20,000 nucleotides of DNA from an uncultured virus (IMG/VR IMGVR_UViG_3300006467_000431) (IMGVR_UViG_3300006467_000431), one strand, 5' to 3'; shown: positions 1 through 9,073, numbered from the stretch's first letter. Notes: a model not told the origin generated them from the letters alone. Translations and numbers: made by a program.

Positions 1-1
1 C

Positions 2-421
2 AAGGTCATCCTCTTCGCCGAGGTCTACCACGGGCTCTACCGGAGCAAGCAGGACGCCTTCAAGGCCGAGCTCGAGGCCGACTACTTGGAAGCCAACAAG
101 CTCTACGCCGAGAAGGTGCATCAGATCTACCGTCCCGACAACGGACTGTCCGAGGAAGAGCTGCAGGCCGAGGAGGTGAAGCTTGAGGAGGCAAGGAAGG
201 CTCTTCGGTCCCGGCATCAAATCCACGGCATCGTCGCCCAGCACTCGATGATCCAGCCCACGGACATCCACATGCATCACTGGGCGGAAGCGGTCCGGCG
301 CATCATCCAGTATGCCCACGGCAAGATGTCGTCGAAGCAGCTGGTGGTGTCCACCACCGAGCTCTCCGGTGAGCTTGCGTCGCAGCAGGCCGCGCTCCTC
401 GCTGAAGAGCTGGTCCCGTGA
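2..421 (+). CDS. Hypothetical protein, 5'-truncated
   Basis: The frame is open from position 2 (KVILFAEVYHGLYRSKQDAFKAELEADYLEANK...) to TGA at 419-421. Third codon positions are GC-rich, and the stop overlaps the next start (GTGA). Confidence 0.7.
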   Translation, partial: KVILFAEVYHGLYRSKQDAFKAELEADYLEANKLYAEKVHQIYRPDNGLSEEELQAEEVKLEEARKALRSRHQIHGIVAQHSMIQPTDIHMHHWAEAVRRIIQYAHGKMSSKQLVVSTTELSGELASQQAALLAEELVP

Positions 422-888
422 TGTCTGAGGATGACGGGGAGAGCACGCGGGTCATCGCCCAGGGGCGGGGCTGGTCCATCGTGCTCGATCCGCACACCCT
501 GTCGCTGCACCTGCAGGTCTCGGGACGTGATGCTGCAGGTCAGCCTCTCGTGGGTGCCTTCGAGGCCTCTCCCGTCGGTCTGAAGGTGCGGCTCGGCTCC
601 GACTTCATCCACCAGGTCTCCATCCACGGCCCCGAGCTCCGCAAGGCCGAGGACGACCTGGCCCGTCTTCGTCGGCGCCGTGAGGTGTTCTCGAGGGGCG
701 ACAAGGTCACTATCACCGACGGTCCCTACCGTGGGTGTGAGGCTGAGATCTTGAAGACAGACATGTTCTTCGCAGACCGTTGGTACGTCCGCATCTATGT
801 GCCGGGCCCGACGGGTCGAACCCCTATTGACACCACCATCGCCTCTGGTCTCTTCCAGATCAGCGACATCACCGAGGAAGACCCATGA
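418..888 (+). CDS. Hypothetical protein with a C-terminal KOW motif
   Basis: FSRGDKVTITDGPYRGCEAEILK resembles the KOW consensus (GD.V.I..GP..G..G.I). Coupled to both neighbours by 4-nt overlaps. Confidence 0.65.
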   Translation: MMSEDDGESTRVIAQGRGWSIVLDPHTLSLHLQVSGRDAAGQPLVGAFEASPVGLKVRLGSDFIHQVSIHGPELRKAEDDLARLRRRREVFSRGDKVTITDGPYRGCEAEILKTDMFFADRWYVRIYVPGPTGRTPIDTTIASGLFQISDITEEDP

Positions 889-1370
889 TCGACACCGCAA
901 AGCCCGCACCGCCCGTCATCATCATCGTCGATACGACCGAGTACACCGGCAACTTCGAGCGACAGCTCGTCGCATGGATGACCGGTCAGGTCGGCGAGTG
1001 CGGCGTGGGGAGCAACCTGCTCGACCGGGCACGCTCGGGCATGAGCAAGAAGCTGAGGGCGTTCTGCGACTATTCCATCGTTCGGATGCCCGACGATTCG
1101 GAGTACCCGTGCCATCGCCCTGCCTCGATCTGGCCGGATCCGACGACAGGGGACTACACCTCGGTGGCGACTTTCTTCAACAAGGAGCTGCCGGAAGACC
1201 TGCGTGACGAACTCTCGGACCGCGCTCACTTCTTCGGCGAGCAATACCACCGAGACGGTGAGCTCGGCGATCTCTACATGGCGACGTTTCGAGAAAAGCC
1301 GCTCTGTATCAAGGGTGTGCGGACGATCCTTCCCAAGAAGGCATCCCTGATCTCGGATGTGCTGTCTTGA
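885..1370 (+). CDS. Phage-like hypothetical protein
   Basis: ATGA overlap with the upstream gene; 161 aa with typical codon usage; no family recognised. Confidence 0.7.
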   Translation: MIDTAKPAPPVIIIVDTTEYTGNFERQLVAWMTGQVGECGVGSNLLDRARSGMSKKLRAFCDYSIVRMPDDSEYPCHRPASIWPDPTTGDYTSVATFFNKELPEDLRDELSDRAHFFGEQYHRDGELGDLYMATFREKPLCIKGVRTILPKKASLISDVLS

Positions 1371-1374
1371 ATCC

Positions 1375-1403
1375 TTGCCACGCTCCGTGTCACGAGGTAG
1401 GCT
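1375..1403 (+). promoter_or_regulatory. Sigma70-like promoter with overlapping palindromic operator (copy 1)
   Basis: TTGCCA (1375-1380), 17 bp, TAGGCT (1398-1403). Contains TGcCACG-CTC-CGTGTCA, one mismatch from the copy at 5494. Intergenic, upstream of GGAG and ATG 1423. Confidence 0.7.
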
Positions 1404-1422
1404 GATTCGAGGAGAAGGCCCG

Positions 1423-1956
1423 ATGAACGTCTACGCCCTGATGTCCAACGTCTACGACAATGCCCACCCTGGTTCGAAGAAGAGCTGGAGAAAGCTCAAC
1501 CAGACCCTTCGAGAAGCGCTGTCGCTGGCGATTCGGTCCGAGATGCAGTTCGAGAAGGACGAAATCGAACGCATCTTCAACGACCTCGGCGGTGCTCACT
1601 GGTTCGGTGACGACGAGTGGGTCTTGGGGAAGGCCTGCATCTTGGGCAATGCCAGTGCTGCTCGCTCCTTCCTGGCCTGGAAGGGTCGCAAGCGCTTCGT
1701 CTGGCCGAAGTGCGATGAGCCCAGAAGTCGGGCCGTCAGCAGGCTCAACCTTCTCTACGTCGATCGGGAGTTCCCCTGGAACGGGGAGACGGTCAGCGTC
1801 ACGTCGTTCAACGACGAGGATGGAACGCTGACGGCCTGCAGCTACACGGGTGGAAAGCGCTTCACCCACACCTCGAAGATCAAGCACCGCTACACCATCA
1901 CCCCCGCAGACCTCAAGGTGGCTTGCGCAGAGCTCGAGGCAGCGAAGGTCGCATGA
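1423..1956 (+). CDS. Phage-like hypothetical protein
   Basis: Start moved to ATG 1423 (MNVYALMS...), which follows GAGGAG at about 1409-1414; ATGA overlap downstream. Confidence 0.7.
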   Translation: MNVYALMSNVYDNAHPGSKKSWRKLNQTLREALSLAIRSEMQFEKDEIERIFNDLGGAHWFGDDEWVLGKACILGNASAARSFLAWKGRKRFVWPKCDEPRSRAVSRLNLLYVDREFPWNGETVSVTSFNDEDGTLTACSYTGGKRFTHTSKIKHRYTITPADLKVACAELEAAKVA

Positions 1957-2144
1957 ACAGGCTCACCGAAGACGAGAAGGCCCAGAAGATGCGCCGGTGG
2001 TACGTCGAGATCACCGGTGTGTGGAGCTTCATGGAGGATATTGGCGTTCATCCCTACGATCCGAACGATGAACTTGCGTCTGCCTTCGACCTGTGGATCG
2101 AGAAACAGTTCAAGTCGGGTCGTGTTCCGGAGCACTTTCGATGA
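1953..2144 (+). CDS. Small hypothetical protein (63 aa)
   Basis: ATGA overlaps at both ends (1953-1956 and 2141-2144). Confidence 0.6.
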   Translation: MNRLTEDEKAQKMRRWYVEITGVWSFMEDIGVHPYDPNDELASAFDLWIEKQFKSGRVPEHFR

Positions 2145-4054
2145 ACGGTCCCTACGACGGCCAGCTTCGCGAGTACGTGTTCGGACACCGCAGTGGCCAC
2201 ACCAAGACCTTCCGTGTGAAGGCGACGTCGATCGACAAGGCCATCCGAGCCTTCCGAGTCGGGGCGATGTACCCGCACCAGTACAGCACCAAGCCTATCC
2301 CGACAAGCTACGGAGACAGCTACGACGACAAGGTCTACATGGCCTCTGGACCGGGTGCGATGGTTCCGGTGCACGTGGTGGTGAAGAACGAGCTGGAGCA
2401 TGTGGCGGACATCGAGCCAGATGATTCAGAGGACGTGTTCGGCCCGGCCCTGCTCGAGGCCCAGAAGGTGCTGCAGATCGCTTCCGCGGCCTCTGGCCTG
2501 GAGGCCTCCGGCGAGAGCACGGCCTTGGCTGTTGCGGGACAGCAGACGGGGATGTCCAACGCCCCTCGGCGTGAGCTCGAAGAGCAGGCGTTGTCGTTGC
2601 AGCGGAAGATGGCCGAGCTCGAGGCGATGAAGCGCGAGCTCGCCCAGCAGGTGGCAGAGATGAACCTGGAGCTGCGGCGCCGGATGGAGCAGATCTGGAT
2701 GATCGAGCTCTTCGTTGGCTCCAAGGAAGAGGTCAAGTGCTTGCGGGAAGGCCAGCCCGCTCCGGCCGATACGAAGATCAGCGTGCGACAGAAGGTCCTG
2801 TGCATGGACGAGGAGATCGCCGTCCATGACTGGCTGCACAACCCGGACCGCATCGGCCAGTTCGACTACCAAAACCTCGATGATTTCGATGCGTGGCTCC
2901 TGGCTGACCCAGCCCACCTGCACACCATCTTCCCTCATGAGAAGGGCATTGTCGGGCTCAGGGTGCGTCGAGGGAAGAAGGAGCGTGGAGCGGCCCAGGG
3001 CTACCACGGTGTCTCGGGCCTCTTCAAGGCCGTGGAAGAGCAGCAGTGGGACGAGATGACCTACCTGCTGGTGCGCAACGGCGACAACCTCTACCGGCTC
3101 TGGGTCGACGTCAACATGTGGCCGCGATTGTTCTCATCGGACGAGGACTTCAAGGAGAGGATGTACGACCACAGGTCTGGGAAAGATGTGGATCAACCCA
3201 TCCAGTCGCGCAAGCTGGAGGCCGTTCAGAAGAAGTTCTTTGCCGGCACTCTCGTGGTGCAGGGGCTCCTCGAGCGTTCCGACCTGTTCCATCCCCTCCC
3301 GGTTCCAGGGCTGTCCATCGTGGATCCGAGCCACGCCGAGTACTTCGAGTTCGTCCGAGACGGTGAGAACCGACGAATGCTGGCTGACCCCGACAATCCC
3401 TTCGGCCACATCACCTGGCCGAAGTACTACAAGTGGCTGAAGTCCCAACTTCGTCCGGGCGTTCGCGTGATGTACACCGGTCCACGATACTTCCGTGACA
3501 AACGGTACGATTCCATGGAGAGTCGCACGGGCCGGAAGTCGGTGTGGGCGGCTCCGACTCACACGGGCATCTACACGCTGGTGGAGGGAGATCCGGACAG
3601 CGTTCGAGGTCCACAGTGCGGCGAACACGAGTTCTTCTACTTCCCGAGCGACCGCTACAAGAATCGGGTTCGTTGGGGCGCCTTCAACGATGAGCTGATT
3701 CCGGTGGACATGGTCTCGTGGCGAGTCCTCGAGTACATGATCCACGACCGCAACCACCGGCACCTCTACGGCTCGTTTTTCCTGAAGGCCTTCCACTGGT
3801 GGAAGCAGTTCAAGGCCCAGACGGAGCTCGAGAGGCCGTTTGTGGACCTCGTCCTGGCCCAGGCCGGTAAGACCCCCACCGAGGCCAACCGAGCCCATGT
3901 CGAGCGCCTGGTGCGGTGGTGGAAGATGAAGACGAAGACGCACCGGACTCTTGGTGAAGATGAGGCGAAGGCGCTTCGCATGATCCGACGCGCCTTCGAA
4001 CGTGGTGACGACCACGACAATGACCCCGAAAAGCTTATTTTCGTGGGTATGTAG
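2141..4054 (+). CDS. Large hypothetical protein (637 aa) with a coiled-coil segment
   Basis: ATG 2141 overlaps the upstream stop. Heptad-like segment ELEEQALSLQRKMAELEAMKRELAQQVAEMNLEL; strong coding bias. Confidence 0.8.
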   Translation: MNGPYDGQLREYVFGHRSGHTKTFRVKATSIDKAIRAFRVGAMYPHQYSTKPIPTSYGDSYDDKVYMASGPGAMVPVHVVVKNELEHVADIEPDDSEDVFGPALLEAQKVLQIASAASGLEASGESTALAVAGQQTGMSNAPRRELEEQALSLQRKMAELEAMKRELAQQVAEMNLELRRRMEQIWMIELFVGSKEEVKCLREGQPAPADTKISVRQKVLCMDEEIAVHDWLHNPDRIGQFDYQNLDDFDAWLLADPAHLHTIFPHEKGIVGLRVRRGKKERGAAQGYHGVSGLFKAVEEQQWDEMTYLLVRNGDNLYRLWVDVNMWPRLFSSDEDFKERMYDHRSGKDVDQPIQSRKLEAVQKKFFAGTLVVQGLLERSDLFHPLPVPGLSIVDPSHAEYFEFVRDGENRRMLADPDNPFGHITWPKYYKWLKSQLRPGVRVMYTGPRYFRDKRYDSMESRTGRKSVWAAPTHTGIYTLVEGDPDSVRGPQCGEHEFFYFPSDRYKNRVRWGAFNDELIPVDMVSWRVLEYMIHDRNHRHLYGSFFLKAFHWWKQFKAQTELERPFVDLVLAQAGKTPTEANRAHVERLVRWWKMKTKTHRTLGEDEAKALRMIRRAFERGDDHDNDPEKLIFVGM

Positions 4055-4088
4055 TCAGTCTGTTTCTCTGGTTTTCGAGGAGGTTCCC

Positions 4089-4625
4089 ATGCACCCCAGG
4101 TTTCGTTTCTCCAAGTCGGGAGAGGTCGATGTCCAAGACAAGGTGGAGTGGCGCCACCTCTGCACCCTGAGCGGTACCGCGAAGAAGTGGACCATCGAGC
4201 TCCCCGAGGAGACGATGGGGCCCTACCGGACGCGTCAGATGGCGGCCGTAGCCTTCGCCGACCGCTTCTTCACGAAGCCGTGGAAGGAGGAGAACCGCCA
4301 GATCATGGCGTGGTGGCAGACGCAGCCTCACCACAGGGGCAAGATCACCGGACACCTCGCTGGCGACATCTTCGACATCCTGGTGGAGGAGTGCGGCGCC
4401 TTCCAGGAGGACCGGCCTCCCTTCGTGCACAACCACACGACCGCTGCGCGCATCAGCACCGAGTTCCGCTTCTCTGGCCACATCGGGTTCGGCGGCAAGT
4501 TCCGGAACCACTCGGGGTGGTGGGTCGATTGCTACCCCGAGGAGGAGGACTACGACAACATGCGGTCCATCCTGGCGGCGAACCAGAGGCTCAAGGCTTT
4601 GTGGATCAACACCTACGGCTCCTGA
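4089..4625 (+). CDS. Phage-like hypothetical protein
   Basis: GAGGAGG RBS just upstream of ATG 4089. The C-terminal motif EFRFSGHIGFGGKF...WWVDCYPEE resembles phage hypotheticals from memory. Confidence 0.7.
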   Translation: MHPRFRFSKSGEVDVQDKVEWRHLCTLSGTAKKWTIELPEETMGPYRTRQMAAVAFADRFFTKPWKEENRQIMAWWQTQPHHRGKITGHLAGDIFDILVEECGAFQEDRPPFVHNHTTAARISTEFRFSGHIGFGGKFRNHSGWWVDCYPEEEDYDNMRSILAANQRLKALWINTYGS

Positions 4626-4879
4626 ATCTCCTGGTGTCCCTTGTCGGTCAGTCCGAGGGTGTGCCATCGCCCCTTCTTGAGGTAGCCCTCTCGGATCAAG
4701 CGCGGCATCGTGCGCTCGACGTACCCGAAGTTGAAGGACCCTCGTCCATGGTAGCCCGTCCCATGCCGGGCGAGCTCGAGGTCCCAGAGCTGTCTCTGGC
4801 TGGCCCCCCCGTCACGCACCTTGACGGCCTTCAGGAGGAGCTGGATGCGGGGGTCGGATGGATCGATAGAGGCTGCCAT
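4613..4879 (-). CDS. Putative winged-helix DNA-binding protein
   Basis: 88 aa. MPRLIREGYLKK...LGLTDKG resembles the recognition helix/wing end (L...G.L....LT.KG) of MarR/PadR-like wHTH folds. Confidence 0.5.
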   Translation of the reverse strand: MAASIDPSDPRIQLLLKAVKVRDGGASQRQLWDLELARHGTGYHGRGSFNFGYVERTMPRLIREGYLKKGRWHTLGLTDKGHQEIQEP

Positions 4880-5178
4880 CAGCTGTCGCCCTGGTCGCCG
4901 TCATCCAGGCTGTCGCTGTCCGGCTTCTTGAAGACGATGCGCCAGATCTTCTCTCTCTGCTTGTCGAGAGACTTCAGCTTCTTGGTGCGGAGCTTGTCGG
5001 CAGCCTGGACAGCTTCCTCCCACGTGTGGAAGGCGTCGCGTCCGATCTTGTAGATGCTGGAGATTCCAGAAGAAAAGCTTCGGTCTGTCGGCATGACGTA
5101 GCCACTTCGCATGGCCTCTCGAACATCAAGCACCAGAATGCCCCGACTCAACGCGTACTTCGTGATGTAGACCTTCAT
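4879..5178 (-). CDS. Conserved phage-type hypothetical protein
   Basis: The KVYITKYAL.RGI N-terminus and EEAV.AA..LR.KKLKSL.KQ C-terminus resemble a recurrent small phage protein family (from memory); 1-nt overlap with the next gene. Confidence 0.65.
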   Translation of the reverse strand: MKVYITKYALSRGILVLDVREAMRSGYVMPTDRSFSSGISSIYKIGRDAFHTWEEAVQAADKLRTKKLKSLDKQREKIWRIVFKKPDSDSLDDGDQGDS

Positions 5179-5180
5179 TG

Positions 5181-5432
5181 CTACGTCCTCAGAAAGGGCA
5201 TGCTGATAGACATGAGCTCACTTGTCACCATGACCATGGGATTCTTTCCGTTCTCGAGCAGGTGCTGGATCATTGGAACGTCCATGTCGTTCCATGGGTC
5301 GAGACGACGACGTGATGGTCCAGAGACCGTGTCCGGCATGCGGTCCCATTCCTCGCGTTCTTGTGGGCTCATACCCAAGATCGCTTGCTTCATCTCTTCC
5401 ATGGTCTTCACGCTGGGGATCATGTGAGGCAT
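5181..5432 (-). CDS. Small hypothetical protein
   Basis: 83-aa ORF that fills the gap and ends 2 nt before the next start; divergent from the MTase. Confidence 0.45.
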   Translation of the reverse strand: MPHMIPSVKTMEEMKQAILGMSPQEREEWDRMPDTVSGPSRRRLDPWNDMDVPMIQHLLENGKNPMVMVTSELMSISMPFLRT

Positions 5433-5492
5433 CTCTATTGTTGAGATCTCCTACTTCATGCTACGCACTGTGTCAAAGTGCCGACGAATTTA

Positions 5493-5521
5493 TTGACACG
5501 CTCCGTGTCATCGGCTATCCT
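5493..5521 (+). promoter_or_regulatory. Sigma70-like promoter with perfect palindromic operator (copy 2)
   Basis: TTGACA (5493-5498), 17 bp, TATCCT (5516-5521), with an AT-rich stretch upstream. Perfect inverted repeat TGACACG-CTC-CGTGTCA at 5494-5510. GGAGG RBS at 5535-5539. Confidence 0.8.
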
Positions 5522-5545
5522 CGAGCATCCAGAGGGAGGCGCATC

Positions 5546-7168
5546 GTGACGATCACCAGCATCGACCTGTTTGCAGGGGGAGGGGGTGCCAGCAAGGGCA
5601 TCGAGCTCGCCACCGGCAAGTCTCCCGTCATCGCCGTCAACCACGACGACGAGGCGCTCAAGATGCATGCGGCCAATCATCCGGGCACGATGCACCTCTG
5701 TGAGAACGTCCTGGACGTGGATCCGATCGCTCCAAATGGCCGGTTGGACCTGCTATGGGCCTCTCCGGACTGTACTTTTTTCAGCAGGGCCCGTGGCGGT
5801 AAGCCGATGAAGAAGGAGATCCGGGCTCTCCCCAATGTCGTCATCACCTGGGCCCGCTACGCCCAGCCGTCGGTGATCTGCATGGAGAACGTCAAGGAGA
5901 TCCAGGACTGGGGCCCCCTGTACCCGAGCGACCACCCCGACCCCAAGAAGCGCGACCGGCCGATCCCCGAGCGGCGCAGTGAGGACTGGAAGAAGTTCAT
6001 CCGCGCACTCCGCGACTGCGGCTACGACGTCGAGTGGCGCGTGCTCTGTGCAGCCGACTACGGTGCTCCGACGACGCGCGATCGCCTCTTCCTCATCGCA
6101 CGCTCCGATGGACAGTCCATCGTCTGGCCCGAGCCGACCCATGGCCCGGGACGCCCGATGCCCCACCTGCCGGCCGCTGGTTGCATCGACTGGGACATCC
6201 CGTGCCCCTCCATCTTCATGAGCCCCACCGAGGCCAAGCAGTGGGCGGCTGATCGACGCAAGGCCACCGGTCAGCGCATCGGGACCCCTCGCCGGCCGCT
6301 CAAGCCCAAGACCATGGCGCGCATCGCCGAGGGCATGCGTCGCTATGTGCTCGAGAGCAGCAACCCCTTCCTCCTCAACCTCACCCATGGCGGGCGCCTC
6401 GAGCCTCTCCACGACCCGTTCAAGACGATCACCGGCGCCAACCGGGGAGAGAAGGCGCTCATCACCCCCTACTTCGCAACCCTCGACCACCAGAGCAGCA
6501 GCGATCGCAGCTGCGTGATGCCTCCTGACGACCCGCTGTCGACCATCACCAGCAAGAACCGCCACATGCTGCTCACGCCGATGCTCATCCAGACGCGCAA
6601 CGGTGAGCGTCCGGGCCAGACGCCTCGGACTCTGGACATCCGCAAGCCCCTGAACACCATCACCTCTCAGGGAAGTCAGGGGGCCCTCGTCACGGCCCTG
6701 CTGCAGTCCACCCACAGCAACCCGGTCTACCGCAGCCCTCGGGACCCCCTGGCGACCATCACGGCGTCCGCAGGAGGCCACCAGAGCCTCATCAGTGCCT
6801 TCCTGGTCAAGTACTACGGTCAGGGGGTGGGGCAGTCCATCGCCGACCCGCTGCACACCATCACGAACCGGGCACGCTTCGGAATGGTGCAGGCCTTCCT
6901 CACCGAGCTCGTCGGTGCCTCGAACGGCCTCATCACGACGACCATTGCAGGCACCGAGTACGTCGTCGCCGACATTGGGATGCGGATGCTGACGCCGAGG
7001 GAGCTCGCGAGGGCTCAGGGCTTCCCGGACGACTACATCTTGACGGGGAACAAGTCGACGCAGATCGCCAAGATCGGAAACTCCGTGCCGCCTCCCGTCG
7101 TCGAGGCCATCGTGCGGGCCCAGTTCAGGGCCGACCCGCACCAGATCAAGCTCCAGGCCGTCGCGTAG
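5546..7168 (+). CDS. C5 DNA cytosine methyltransferase, phage type
   Basis: Motif I DLFAGGGG, motif IV variant WASPDCTFFS, motif VI MENV, motif VIII PTTRDRLF, motif IX RMLTPRELARAQGFP, motif X KIGNSVPP. GTG start at 5546 after GGAGG. Confidence 0.95.
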   Translation: MTITSIDLFAGGGGASKGIELATGKSPVIAVNHDDEALKMHAANHPGTMHLCENVLDVDPIAPNGRLDLLWASPDCTFFSRARGGKPMKKEIRALPNVVITWARYAQPSVICMENVKEIQDWGPLYPSDHPDPKKRDRPIPERRSEDWKKFIRALRDCGYDVEWRVLCAADYGAPTTRDRLFLIARSDGQSIVWPEPTHGPGRPMPHLPAAGCIDWDIPCPSIFMSPTEAKQWAADRRKATGQRIGTPRRPLKPKTMARIAEGMRRYVLESSNPFLLNLTHGGRLEPLHDPFKTITGANRGEKALITPYFATLDHQSSSDRSCVMPPDDPLSTITSKNRHMLLTPMLIQTRNGERPGQTPRTLDIRKPLNTITSQGSQGALVTALLQSTHSNPVYRSPRDPLATITASAGGHQSLISAFLVKYYGQGVGQSIADPLHTITNRARFGMVQAFLTELVGASNGLITTTIAGTEYVVADIGMRMLTPRELARAQGFPDDYILTGNKSTQIAKIGNSVPPPVVEAIVRAQFRADPHQIKLQAVA

Positions 7169-7197
7169 CTCGACGCCTTCAAGAAGAGGAACCGTCC

Positions 7198-7506
7198 ATG
7201 ACCGACGACAACACCGACAACTCGACCTTCACCTTTCGCGCCGAGAAGCACGGAGACTACACCGTTGTGGCCTACCAGGGAGAGAAACCCTACGCCTACT
7301 CTGAGACAGGAGTGTTCTGGTATGACTCCAATGGGACGCAGTTGAGTGGCGCGAATGACAAGAAGATCTGCCACGAGTACAGGCTGGCCGGGAGACCTCG
7401 TCATGGAGTCAACCACACCCTGCTGACGATCATCGTGTTCATGATGCTGTTGTCTGGGCTCTCCTCGCTGCTGCTCCTCATCAGCATCCTCACGAGGGGT
7501 GGCTGA
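7198..7506 (+). CDS. Small membrane protein (C-terminal TM helix)
   Basis: AGAGGA RBS; hydrophobic stretch LLTIIVFMMLLSGLSSLLLLISIL. Confidence 0.6.
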   Translation: MTDDNTDNSTFTFRAEKHGDYTVVAYQGEKPYAYSETGVFWYDSNGTQLSGANDKKICHEYRLAGRPRHGVNHTLLTIIVFMMLLSGLSSLLLLISILTRGG

Positions 7507-7809
7507 ATGTTCTCTGATCCCCTGATGATGGTGAAGCTGGCCACGCTGGCGATCTTCATCGCCCACTTCGGCCTGATCTTCGCCCTCCTCTACCACCTGT
7601 ACCTCGAGCAGCAGCAAACCAGGATGTGGCGGATGCGTGCCCGGTGGATCTGCTACGCCAACACCGTCGGTCGTGGCTTCGAGCCTTACGCAGGCATGAA
7701 CCCCAAGACGTACTGGCGCAAGGTGGACGAAAAGGCAGTCGTTCTGGAGAACAACCCGCAGCTGTTGGATGCAGATGCAACATCCTCGACATCCAAGGAG
7801 TCCCCATGA
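7507..7809 (+). CDS. Small membrane protein (N-terminal TM helix)
   Basis: Directly abuts the upstream stop; hydrophobic LATLAIFIAHFGLIFALLYHLYL. Confidence 0.6.
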   Translation: MFSDPLMMVKLATLAIFIAHFGLIFALLYHLYLEQQQTRMWRMRARWICYANTVGRGFEPYAGMNPKTYWRKVDEKAVVLENNPQLLDADATSSTSKESP

Positions 7810-8309
7810 GCCTCACCCGATCCATCTGCAGCCGCCTCGGCATCGACGACCAGCCCCTTGTGATGACGCCCATGATGTGCCGGCGCGTCACCAAGAACCG
7901 AGGAGTGGTTGACGAGCTCCACGTCGCCTACCTCGTCATCCGCAACGACCGGACAGTGCTCGAGGTCTACCCCGGCGTGACGGGCCACGAGTCCTTCTAC
8001 ATGATGGACGCGACCTCGAGGCTCAACGAGTCCGAGCGGGCCTTCGTCCCCGAGCCCGGCATCTTCGGTCCGACCCGGTGGGAAGATCAACCCTGGAGCC
8101 TGTGCGCCGGCAGCAACGTCTACGACGAGCTGTCGGTCGCCAAGGGCGAGCTCCGCCAGGCCATCACACGGCTGCTCAAGATCCGCAACGGCCGTGGGGC
8201 GGTGCTGGCCCACTGCGTCGTGCCGCAGCCGGACGCTGGGTCCGACTCCGAACCGGATTCCGAGCAGAGCCTCGTTCCAGACACCCAGGACAACGGCATC
8301 ACCCCGTGA
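7806..8309 (+). CDS. Hypothetical protein
   Basis: Start moved to ATG 7806 (ATGA overlap, AAGGAG RBS); protein begins MSLTRSICSRLG. Confidence 0.65.
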   Translation: MSLTRSICSRLGIDDQPLVMTPMMCRRVTKNRGVVDELHVAYLVIRNDRTVLEVYPGVTGHESFYMMDATSRLNESERAFVPEPGIFGPTRWEDQPWSLCAGSNVYDELSVAKGELRQAITRLLKIRNGRGAVLAHCVVPQPDAGSDSEPDSEQSLVPDTQDNGITP

Positions 8310-8998
8310 GCGGGTATCCACGTCCAGAACGTCCTCTCTGGACCACCTGCTGGCCCAAGGTCGACCCACGCATCCTTGAGCTGATGACAGCTCTCGAGAT
8401 GCCCTACAAGGTGACGCCAGTGCGCAGGCGCCGAGGGGTCGTCGTGTTCGTCCCCCGGCTCTACCAGTTCGGCTCGCAGCCCGACTACCAGGTCTGGAGC
8501 GGCGACACCTTGCTGTTCGACCCGCCTTCGACGGACGGGTACGACCTGCTGCACGAAGTGGCGCACCACATCGAGTGTCGTGCGAAGCATCCAGAGCTCA
8601 TGGGTCGACGCAACTGGGGCATCAGCCCACTCTACGACGAGCCAAACCCTGGCAATGAGGACGTTCCTGAGGAGGAAGGGGACTTGCTGGAGACCTTCTC
8701 TCCCACCAAGGAAGAGGAAGACCGGGAGCTGACGGCCTGCTACATCGAGCTCGCCTTCCATGTGCTATGGGAGACGGGTCTGTGGAAGGAGCGTGCTGTC
8801 GATCTAAACCTGTTCGACCCTCCCATGCTGGTCGGGACCGAGCGCCTCGACACTGATGAGCCAGAGAATCTCGAGGAGTGGAAGCAGATCTTGCTGCAGC
8901 GGACCCTTCCCTACATGCGGGAGGCAGACGTTCCAGAGCACTTGATGCGTGTTGCGTCAGATGAGCACACAAAGATGCTTTCGGCTTCATCCTCCTAG
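8306..8998 (+). CDS. Putative zincin-like metallopeptidase (HExxH)
   Basis: GTGA overlap start. LLHEVAHHIEC followed by a downstream acidic helix (EEEDRELTAC), as in ImmA/IrrE-like zincins. Confidence 0.55.
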   Translation: MSGYPRPERPLWTTCWPKVDPRILELMTALEMPYKVTPVRRRRGVVVFVPRLYQFGSQPDYQVWSGDTLLFDPPSTDGYDLLHEVAHHIECRAKHPELMGRRNWGISPLYDEPNPGNEDVPEEEGDLLETFSPTKEEEDRELTACYIELAFHVLWETGLWKERAVDLNLFDPPMLVGTERLDTDEPENLEEWKQILLQRTLPYMREADVPEHLMRVASDEHTKMLSASSS

Positions 8999-9073
8999 GC
9001 CAGGTAGGATAGGACCGAGACATAGTGCTCTCTTCCTGATAGGATCCCTCACCCCCTCTCACAGGAAGAAGAC

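Noticed and set aside
5273..5545. 91-aa N-terminal extension of the MTase in the ORF track
   Set aside because: It spans the promoter and a divergent gene; motif I begins right after GTG 5546, which has a GGAGG RBS.
7198..7809. Two small membrane genes as a holin/spanin lysis cassette
   Set aside because: No endolysin or lipobox nearby, and the context is an MTase operon.
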